In this document: positions 45,276 through 52,297 of the stretch, piece after piece
Layout of the letters: each line of letters opens with the position of its first letter
How positions within the stretch are numbered: the first letter of the stretch is position 1
Sequence record: LR756502.1
Length of the DNA: 64,000 bases
Strand: one strand, 5' to 3'
Notes under the pieces: generated by a model
Databases searched by the model: none
Told to the model about the DNA's origin: nothing
What the model saw: only the letters and a program-made list of their open reading frames with translations
Translations under genes and position numbers: made by a program

Positions 45276-45888
45276 TAAGAAGAAAATAGACCTATCAAAG
45301 GTCACATGTCACTCTGGTGGTGCTGATGGTTCAGACATCACTTGGGAGAAAACTGGTGAGGAATTTGGTGTTAAAACTAATGCCTATTCATATAAAACAA
45401 AAAACCATAAAGGATTTAATAAGGTTGAGATATCGGATGATGATTATAAAGAGGGTATAGTTGAGGTTAATAAAGCAAATAAGTGGCTAAATAGATATGG
45501 TATTCAAAAGTATATGAATCTTTTAGCCAGAAATTGGGCACAAGTAAAATACTCTAGGCAAATATTCGCTATTGGTACAATTCTAAAGGCGGGTCAGAAG
45601 AGTAATAAGGGATATTATAATAAGGGTAAGTATGATGTTGTTGATGGTGGTACTGGGTATGCTGTTATGATGGGTATAAACCACAACAGAGATGTTTATG
45701 TTTTTGATCAGCCAAAAGGTATTTGGTTTCGTTGGTCTTATATAAGTCTATCTTTTGTTGAGATGGATTCCACACCTATTATAGAGTATTATGACTTTGC
45801 TGGTATAGGAACAAGAGAGTTGCAACAAAATGGAGTTAATGCAATACGTAATGTATATGAAGAGACTAATAAAAATAAAATAAAATAA
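45262..45888 (+). CDS. Stand-alone SLOG-superfamily nucleotide-binding protein
   Basis: CHSGGADGSD, LLARN, VDGGTGYAV, VYVFDQ, FAGIGTR. Confidence 0.65.
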   Translation: MELFDKKKIDLSKVTCHSGGADGSDITWEKTGEEFGVKTNAYSYKTKNHKGFNKVEISDDDYKEGIVEVNKANKWLNRYGIQKYMNLLARNWAQVKYSRQIFAIGTILKAGQKSNKGYYNKGKYDVVDGGTGYAVMMGINHNRDVYVFDQPKGIWFRWSYISLSFVEMDSTPIIEYYDFAGIGTRELQQNGVNAIRNVYEETNKNKIK

Positions 45889-45892
45889 AGAT

Positions 45893-46288
45893 ATGAATGT
45901 AAGTTTTGATTTTGATGGTACACTTGATGATGAATTTGATGGGTGTGTTAATGTACAAAAGGAAGAGATTCAAGGACTCGCCAAGAAATTTGTAAGAAAT
46001 GGGCATAATGTTTGCATTATTACTAAGAGATATGATGAAAAAAATAGTAAATTAGGTAAGGGCAATGAGCACTTGGAGGTTTTTCGTCTCGCTAATGAAC
46101 TCGGTATTGAAAAAGTCTACTTTACTAATCGAATTATGAAGTTTTCGTACATAATTGATTTGAAGATTGATATGCATTTTGAAAATTCTGACTATGAAGT
46201 TCAGTTAATAAATCAGTCTTGTAAAGATCATAATTGTGTAGTTGTTCATGTTGAATCTAGTAATTGGAGGGACCTAATAAATGAGTAG
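45893..46288 (+). CDS. HAD-superfamily hydrolase
   Basis: VSFDFDGTL, IITKR, MHFEN. Confidence 0.75.
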   Translation: MNVSFDFDGTLDDEFDGCVNVQKEEIQGLAKKFVRNGHNVCIITKRYDEKNSKLGKGNEHLEVFRLANELGIEKVYFTNRIMKFSYIIDLKIDMHFENSDYEVQLINQSCKDHNCVVVHVESSNWRDLINE

Positions 46289-46661
46289 GAAGAATGTTGT
46301 AGTTGAGCTTACTCCCTTCTTATATGAGGATGGTAATACATATTATTTTAAAATTGTAAAACGTGAGTATAGTAATAACTTTCACGACCTATATGTTTAT
46401 GAAAAGATTATTACTAAAACAAAAACATTTTTTGGCAAGGAAAAGATAACAGAGGATTTAATTAAATTAAATGACTCACCTGAGATAGTTTCTATAAATC
46501 TTGATACATATGACATAAAAAATTCCATTAAGAAGGTATTGGTATCAACAAGAGTTCAAGAAGTCTTAAAAAATTGGGATGGGTTAGTCGGTAATATACC
46601 AGATGATGTTAAGATAAGTCTTAAGAGAGATGGTAAGTTGAAAAGTATTCTCGGTGAATAA
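46281..46661 (+). CDS. Hypothetical protein with C-terminal tail
   Basis: Ends KRDGKLKSILGE. Confidence 0.75.
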   Translation: MSRKNVVVELTPFLYEDGNTYYFKIVKREYSNNFHDLYVYEKIITKTKTFFGKEKITEDLIKLNDSPEIVSINLDTYDIKNSIKKVLVSTRVQEVLKNWDGLVGNIPDDVKISLKRDGKLKSILGE

Positions 46662-46673
46662 ATAATACGAAAT

Positions 46674-46943
46674 ATGAAGATAATTGAATATGATGATAAG
46701 TTTTGGATTAATCTATCGGACTTAAGAAAGATTGGATTTCAACTACCTATAAAGGGAACAAGTTTACTATGGACACACTTTCTTGGTGATTATGATACTC
46801 ATTATAAATTTTTTGAGAATCGTGCTGGTTGGTCTGATGGTTTGTTTATTAGTCCATTCTCAACAAATGTTGGTGAGAAATTTGCTGGGTATGGTGAATT
46901 ATATGTGGAATTCAATCAAAGTAATTTTGTAAAAAATTATTAG
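46674..46943 (+). CDS. Hypothetical protein
   Basis: 89-aa ORF in operon. Confidence 0.65.
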   Translation: MKIIEYDDKFWINLSDLRKIGFQLPIKGTSLLWTHFLGDYDTHYKFFENRAGWSDGLFISPFSTNVGEKFAGYGELYVEFNQSNFVKNY

Positions 46944-46950
46944 TTAATAT

Positions 46951-46959
46951 TAATATATA
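46951..46959 (+). promoter_or_regulatory. Putative late promoter TAATATATA
   Basis: 4 nt before ATG 46964. Confidence 0.7.
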
Positions 46960-46963
46960 GTTT

Positions 46964-47446
46964 ATGATTAAATTTTCAAATATGATAAATGAGGATAAAT
47001 CTAGTTCTAAGTTTAAGCTAGGATTGGATCTGCATGGTGTGGTTGATTCAATGCCAAAGGAGTTTTCATTTTTAACAAATGCTATAGTTTCTGCTGGTGG
47101 TGAAGTTCACATATTGACTGGTGGATCCTGGACTGAAGAACTAGAAGGTCAAATAAAATCATATGGTATAGTTTGGACCAATCATCTATCTGTATATGAT
47201 TATCTAATTGAAACTGGAGCAGAGACTACTGGTGAGATTCAATTTCCTGATGGAACCATACAAAAGAAATTTAATGATGGTGCTTGGGACAAGATCAAAG
47301 CTGATTATTGTAGGGATAATAAAATATCACTACACATTGATGATACATTAATATATAATGACTTCTTTACAACCCCTTTCGCTAGGTTGTGGACACACAG
47401 TAATAACCCAAAAGCTCCTCACAAGGACGTTAGACACTTAGATTAA
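46964..47446 (+). CDS. HAD-like (5'-nucleotidase-type) protein, CTS-like N-terminus
   Basis: MIKFSNMINE; LGLDLHGVVD, ILTG, LHIDD. Confidence 0.65.
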   Translation: MIKFSNMINEDKSSSKFKLGLDLHGVVDSMPKEFSFLTNAIVSAGGEVHILTGGSWTEELEGQIKSYGIVWTNHLSVYDYLIETGAETTGEIQFPDGTIQKKFNDGAWDKIKADYCRDNKISLHIDDTLIYNDFFTTPFARLWTHSNNPKAPHKDVRHLD

Positions 47447-47448
47447 TT

Positions 47449-47922
47449 ATGACAATTAAAAAATGGTTTGATTACAACCAACCTGACAAATTAAAAGTGT
47501 CTGGTGGTATAGTTCTTATTTTAAATGGGACCAAGATTTTACTCGCCCATCCAACAAAAAGTAAGTGGTATGAAACATATTCTGTCCCTAAGGGTGGTGT
47601 TGATGATGGGGAATCTGAGATGGATGCTGCTATAAGAGAAATACGAGAAGAGACTTCACTTATTGTAACAAAGGATATGATAGTAAATCCAGATGATCCA
47701 ATTATTATAAATTATAAGAACAAGGCTGGTATAACATATAAAAAACTGGTATTGTATAAAATTTATATAAATAATATTGGTGAGGTTGGTATGACTTCAG
47801 AAATCTTGGATAAGAGTAATCTACAACTTAGGGAAGTTGATTGGTGTGGTTTTCTTGATAAGAAGGAAGCGCAGTTGAGAATATTTCATAGGATGGTTAG
47901 TCTATTGGATCTAATAGACTAA
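47449..47922 (+). CDS. Nudix hydrolase
   Basis: PKGGVDDGESEMDAAIREIREETSL Nudix box. Confidence 0.9.
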   Translation: MTIKKWFDYNQPDKLKVSGGIVLILNGTKILLAHPTKSKWYETYSVPKGGVDDGESEMDAAIREIREETSLIVTKDMIVNPDDPIIINYKNKAGITYKKLVLYKIYINNIGEVGMTSEILDKSNLQLREVDWCGFLDKKEAQLRIFHRMVSLLDLID

Positions 47923-47952
47923 ACAATTTATACTTTTACTGGTATAATCTCT

Positions 47953-48303
47953 ATGGAAGAAATTGAAAAAATAGAACTGGATTTGGAAAATCCAATATTT
48001 GCATTCTATATTAATGTCGCTAATTTGCCTAGACAACAAGTAGATCAAATTATGTCTCATTTTACAAAACTTACAAATTATAGCAATGTGACATGTTGGA
48101 TATTAGCATCGGATGTTACAAAAGTGGAGTGTGTATATGATGGCAAGTCAAAAATTAGGGATAAGGAAATTTCACGCTTTATAAAAGAAATAAATAAGAG
48201 AGTTGATATACTATCCAACTCTCGTAATTTTGAGGATTTCAAGATAAACATCCGAGATTGGAGACTAAAAGAAATCATAGAAAATGAGTCACAAAAAGAA
48301 TAA
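47953..48303 (+). CDS. Hypothetical protein with C-terminal tail variant
   Basis: Ends IRDWRLKEIIENESQKE. Confidence 0.75.
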   Translation: MEEIEKIELDLENPIFAFYINVANLPRQQVDQIMSHFTKLTNYSNVTCWILASDVTKVECVYDGKSKIRDKEISRFIKEINKRVDILSNSRNFEDFKINIRDWRLKEIIENESQKE

Positions 48304-48625
48304 AATAGAAATACTTGATGCTACTATCAAAAAGGCCGAGATGGATGAACATAATCTTGGGTGGAATGATGACTATGAATATGGTATGGAGAATGATTAT
48401 GATGATTGGGATGACCCCTATTACTGTTGTGAGTCTTGTACCCCAAGATTTCCGATGGGTGGGTTGGATTACGAATATGATATGTCAAAGTCCAACAAAG
48501 ATGGTAGAATGATTGACCTTGATTCCATTTCAATATCTAGAAAAAGAAACTCAATAATAGATAAAGTTCTTGGCGAACAAGTTGGAGTAACAACAATAGG
48601 TGATGTTATAAATGCAAAGCTATAG
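48284..48625 (+). CDS. Acidic hypothetical protein with tail variant
   Basis: D/Y-rich, CCESC; KRNSIIDKVLGE. Confidence 0.7.
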   Translation: MSHKKNKIEILDATIKKAEMDEHNLGWNDDYEYGMENDYDDWDDPYYCCESCTPRFPMGGLDYEYDMSKSNKDGRMIDLDSISISRKRNSIIDKVLGEQVGVTTIGDVINAKL

Positions 48626-48863
48626 TAAATTCAAATATGGTGAAATTGCCGTTCTTAGAAAGGGATATGCTATTACTGGTATATATGTTATGGTTGGTGT
48701 AAAATTTGATTCAAAGACACATTGTAAGAGAAACCCGTCAGTAATATCATATTATATTGAGGGATATCCAATTAGAAATTGGTGTTATGAAGAGGAGTTG
48801 AGAAGAGTAAATATTCTAAGTAGATTAATAATCTATCTATTTAAAATTAAAAGTAGGTTTTAA
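48612..48863 (+). CDS. Hypothetical protein
   Basis: 83-aa ORF, operon-coupled. Confidence 0.6.
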   Translation: MQSYSKFKYGEIAVLRKGYAITGIYVMVGVKFDSKTHCKRNPSVISYYIEGYPIRNWCYEEELRRVNILSRLIIYLFKIKSRF

Positions 48864-48867
48864 TTAT

Positions 48868-48938
48868 GGTTGTGTGGCCGAGATCTTAGGCACACCTTCG
48901 CAAAAGGTGGTACGGTATTTAGTTGGTATCCACAACCT
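48868..48938 (+). tRNA. tRNA-Cys(GCA)-like gene with degenerate T-loop
   Basis: Acceptor GGTTGTG/CACAACC, D-arm GCC/GGC, anticodon stem CACCT/AGGTG with loop TC-GCA-AA, discriminator U; T-loop TTAGTTG, no encoded CCA. Confidence 0.75.
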
Positions 48939-48973
48939 CAATTTCAAAAGTTATAGAATCGTTCTATATCAAT

Positions 48974-48992
48974 ACAAACCATCGGTTTGTTT
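48974..48992 (+). terminator. Possible weak terminator after the tRNA-like gene
   Basis: ACAAACC-ATC-GGTTTGT-TT. Confidence 0.4.
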
Positions 48993-49010
48993 AACTTAAA
49001 CAATTAAAAA

Positions 49011-49421
49011 TTGAAGAAGAATAATAAAAAATTTGAGAAGATTAGAAATTGGATAGAGGATAAAGGTTATTCTGTGAGATTTGGTTCTTATGATTGTGTT
49101 GATTATGCAACGAAAGAGGTTGTTATCTATAATAACAGATATAGTACAAAGCATCTTATATATTCAGCACTTCATGAATGTGGTCATGTTGTGTTAGGAA
49201 ATAGAGATAACTATTGTAGAGACTTTAAGTCTATTATCAAAGCCGATAGTGTTGATGGTCGGCATTATCGTAGTAATCTCTATAAGTATAAAAAACTAAA
49301 AGAAGAGATTGATGCATGGGAAGAGGGGTATACTTTATCTAAACAACTTGATATAAAGATTGATAAGGATGATTATGACCATTATGCAGCAAGGAACTTC
49401 ATTACATATGTGAACAATTAG
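49011..49421 (+). CDS. Zincin (HExxH) metallopeptidase-like protein
   Basis: TTG start; YSALHECGHV and downstream EEIDAW. Confidence 0.7.
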   Translation: MKKNNKKFEKIRNWIEDKGYSVRFGSYDCVDYATKEVVIYNNRYSTKHLIYSALHECGHVVLGNRDNYCRDFKSIIKADSVDGRHYRSNLYKYKKLKEEIDAWEEGYTLSKQLDIKIDKDDYDHYAARNFITYVNN

Positions 49422-49422
49422 A

Positions 49423-49454
49423 TTTGGTTATTTGATATAAATTCCTTATATTTG
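49423..49454 (+). promoter_or_regulatory. Bacteroidota primary-sigma promoter
   Basis: TTTG-N20-TATATTTG. Confidence 0.85.
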
Positions 49455-49471
49455 TATTAAATAATTAAACT

Positions 49472-50113
49472 ATGATGAACTACGACTCTTATAGATACAT
49501 CTATCCACCACGTCCAAAAAATGCAATACCATCTGATGAATTATCTGTTTGGGATAATGATACACTCATAGGTCAACCAAAATTAAATGGATCTAACTGC
49601 GTTATTTTCACTAATGGTGAAAGATTCAGAGTAATGAATAGACATGATCAAACATTAACCAACTTTCGTATAAATACTGATGAAATACTTAATATATACA
49701 AGTGTAAGAAAGGTGAATGGATGGCTATCAATGGTGAATATATGAATAAGTCCAAAATGGATGAGAGTGGTAAGGTTTTTAACCACAAGTTTGTTATTTT
49801 TGACATCCTTGTTCAGGATTCTAAATATTTGGTTGGTAGTACGTTTGAGGATAGAATACTTCTAATGGATGATCTTTATAATACCAAAGATTCTGATAAG
49901 GATTATCTTTATGAGATTTCTGAAAACATCTACCGAGTTAAATCGTATAATAACAACTTTAAATTTATTTTCGATAAATTAACACCAATTGATATGATTG
50001 AGGGTTTGGTTATGAAAAGAAAGAATGCTAAATTGGAGCTTGGATCTACTGAGAATAATAATATTAAGTCTCAGATTAAATGTAGGAAGGCTACTAAAAA
50101 TTATAAATACTAA
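49472..50113 (+). CDS. ATP-dependent ligase-type nucleotidyltransferase (adenylation domain only)
   Basis: Motif I QPKLNGS, III INGEY, IIIa VIFDIL, IV EGLVMK, V IKCRK. Confidence 0.8.
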   Translation: MMNYDSYRYIYPPRPKNAIPSDELSVWDNDTLIGQPKLNGSNCVIFTNGERFRVMNRHDQTLTNFRINTDEILNIYKCKKGEWMAINGEYMNKSKMDESGKVFNHKFVIFDILVQDSKYLVGSTFEDRILLMDDLYNTKDSDKDYLYEISENIYRVKSYNNNFKFIFDKLTPIDMIEGLVMKRKNAKLELGSTENNNIKSQIKCRKATKNYKY

Positions 50114-50115
50114 AA

Positions 50116-50364
50116 ATGGAATCAGACGATTCAAGAGGATTAAAAATGAACTTAGGACAATATAGAGATACCAAAGATATGGAGAGTGTTATGCTAAAAA
50201 AGATGCATCTTTACTCTGAGGTAAGATATGCTTGTGTGGATGAGACTGCTATTGAAGAAAGAATAAAAAATATAAGAAGAATACGTAAGTTAATTGCTAA
50301 AAGGAGATCAAATGCTTTCTTAGGTTTCTATAAGAAAGTAAAAGACTTATTTTATTTTAACTAA
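50116..50364 (+). CDS. Basic hypothetical protein
   Basis: 82-aa ORF followed by a terminator. Confidence 0.65.
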   Translation: MESDDSRGLKMNLGQYRDTKDMESVMLKKMHLYSEVRYACVDETAIEERIKNIRRIRKLIAKRRSNAFLGFYKKVKDLFYFN

Positions 50365-50388
50365 ACCACTCAATAGAGTGGTTTTTTT
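50363..50388 (+). terminator. Intrinsic terminator
   Basis: AAACCACTC-AATA-GAGTGGTTT plus T-run. Confidence 0.85.
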
Positions 50389-50391
50389 ATT

Positions 50392-50400
50392 TAATATATA
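50392..50400 (+). promoter_or_regulatory. Putative late promoter TAATATATA
   Basis: Directly after a terminator, upstream of 50420. Confidence 0.7.
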
Positions 50401-50419
50401 ATTAAAAATAATTATTTTT

Positions 50420-50992
50420 GTGGAAAAATTCTCCAAATTAAAACCAAAAGATGAATTCTCTGATAGTAAAGATGAAGTCTTATATACTGATAATAATATA
50501 AAAATTGTAAGCTATGAAGATTGGTCGGTTATAGAAGAGAAAGATACAATTGTTTGTATACCATATCTAATAGAGACGAATCAAATTATTCTAAGATATG
50601 AATATATACCTCCTTTTAAGATGGCCGATGGTCAAGAGTTTCATATAACTGTTCTAAGTGGTAGTGTTGATAGAGGAGAGTCAAAGGAGAGATGCCTACT
50701 TAGAGAATTAGAAGAGGAAGCTGGAATAATATTGAGAGATGGATTTAACATAGAGTTTATGAATCCTTTGTTCAAGACAAAGGCACATAATAACAAATAC
50801 TATCCTTGTATTATTACACTATCTGAGAGTGATTACCATGAGGTTATGGCTAAAGGTGATGGTACTAATGCTGAAGGTTTGAGTAAGTCAGTTAAGGTTG
50901 ATGTTAAGCACCTTAACTCACTGAATCCATCAGATCTAATAACAGACTACATGTTGGGTAAAGTTAAAAAGTATATAAATCAAAATCAATAA
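50420..50992 (+). CDS. Nudix hydrolase (ADP-ribose pyrophosphatase-like)
   Basis: GTG start; SGSVDRGESKERCLLRELEEEAG. Confidence 0.82.
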   Translation: MEKFSKLKPKDEFSDSKDEVLYTDNNIKIVSYEDWSVIEEKDTIVCIPYLIETNQIILRYEYIPPFKMADGQEFHITVLSGSVDRGESKERCLLRELEEEAGIILRDGFNIEFMNPLFKTKAHNNKYYPCIITLSESDYHEVMAKGDGTNAEGLSKSVKVDVKHLNSLNPSDLITDYMLGKVKKYINQNQ

Positions 50993-50993
50993 A

Positions 50994-51017
50994 AAAAGAG
51001 ACCAAATGGTCTCTTTT
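50994..51017. terminator. Bidirectional intrinsic terminator
   Basis: AAAAGAGACCA-AA-TGGTCTCTTTT. Confidence 0.85.
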
Positions 51018-51042
51018 CTTTTTATAGCTGTTCGTGCTTTAA

Positions 51043-52107
51043 TTAAATTTTTGAAAGTAATTCCGACTTCTTAGTATTAAACTCATCATCTGTTAAGATA
51101 CCGGCTGAATGTAAATCAGCTAGTTTTTTAATAAGTTCAATAACATCATCAGATTCTCTCACTAGGATATCCTTTAGGTTTATTTCCCCGGTCTTTTTAT
51201 TAACAATATCTTTTGTTTCAACTGGCTTTCTACTATTTGGAAGTATCTGTAAAATTGTACTTGAAATATAGTTAGTATCAAAGTCCATATCTATCTCACT
51301 GAATACTTGTGAAGACGATTCTCCTTTTTCAACTCTACCTGTTTCAATGGATGAAATCGGAGTTGTGTTTGAGATATTTTGGAAGGAATTACCAGTATTA
51401 TTTATTGTCAATCCACTTAAGTCTACTCCAGAAGTATATGAACAATTAACAGAGTCCGATGAATACATAGATGTGTTGTATGTTCCTGTTGTTGTGGATA
51501 AGGAACTTAACCCACCACTTATAGTAGTTGTGCAATTTCCATTAGATAAGGAACTTAACCCACCACTTATAGTAGTTGTGCAATTTCCATTAAATATACC
51601 AGAAGTACTACTTCCACAAGTAATAATTGTTCTATATGGGTAGTAATGATTGTAATAAGGGTAATAGTCATAATGATGAACATGTACAACCTTATTGAAC
51701 TTTTCTTGCCAGTTATGAATTGTCACAACTGATTCTTTATAGAAGAATACTTCTAATAATCCGTTGTTTGTAGTGGCATCCGCCGATTCAATAGTGTTTT
51801 CTACCTCATAGGTGCTGAAGATAAACTTCTTTTTATCATCTACAAAGCAGTCAAGATAGAATCTTTGACCTGGTTTAAGTACTAGTCCAGTTTTAGAAAT
51901 GGATTGTCCATTAAGTTTAATATCACACAACACACACTCTTTAAGTGGATTATACAACTCGATTTCGAACTCTTGTTCGTCATCTAAGTAAACTTTACCT
52001 TTTTTGATTGATTTTCTTCCTTTATCGGAAGGTTTTGATTTGTCTTGTTGATTGTTTACAACAATGAACGCTTCGGGCTTTGCCGAGCTTGTAGTTTTTG
52101 CTACCAT
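51043..52107 (-). CDS. Hypothetical protein with low-complexity S/T/G linker and C-terminal SHOCT domain
   Basis: Start moved to MVAKTTSS; FEIELYNP, GLVLKPGQR, IETGRVEKG; IELIKKLADLHSAGILTDDEFNTKKSELL. Confidence 0.8.
   Translation of the reverse strand: MVAKTTSSAKPEAFIVVNNQQDKSKPSDKGRKSIKKGKVYLDDEQEFEIELYNPLKECVLCDIKLNGQSISKTGLVLKPGQRFYLDCFVDDKKKFIFSTYEVENTIESADATTNNGLLEVFFYKESVVTIHNWQEKFNKVVHVHHYDYYPYYNHYYPYRTIITCGSSTSGIFNGNCTTTISGGLSSLSNGNCTTTISGGLSSLSTTTGTYNTSMYSSDSVNCSYTSGVDLSGLTINNTGNSFQNISNTTPISSIETGRVEKGESSSQVFSEIDMDFDTNYISSTILQILPNSRKPVETKDIVNKKTGEINLKDILVRESDDVIELIKKLADLHSAGILTDDEFNTKKSELLSKI
51497..51592. repeat. Perfect 48-bp tandem duplication
   Basis: GATAAGGAACTTAACCCACCACTTATAGTAGTTGTGCAATTTCCATTA x2 (NGNCTTTISGGLSSLS). 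Confidence 0.95.
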
Positions 52108-52237
52108 AGTAATTCTTTTTATTTTTATCCTACATCTTTGAGTCTTATTCAAACTCTCAACGATATCCTAAAGATACCCGACATAAGTTAGCGAACAGCT
52201 ATAAACTATATATCAAGGTTATATTGGTCCCTTTTTA

Positions 52238-52269
52238 TTTGGTGTATTGGTATATTATCCTTATATTTG
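52238..52269 (+). promoter_or_regulatory. Bacteroidota primary-sigma promoter
   Basis: TTTG-N20-TATATTTG. Confidence 0.85.
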
Positions 52270-52297
52270 TAATAGATAAAATTATATTTAAACTAAA

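Larger units (their letters stand above)
51021..52205. repeat. Perfect 14-bp inverted repeat pair bracketing the SHOCT gene
   Basis: TTTATAGCTGTTCG at 51021-51034; CGAACAGCTATAAA at 52192-52205. Confidence 0.9.
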
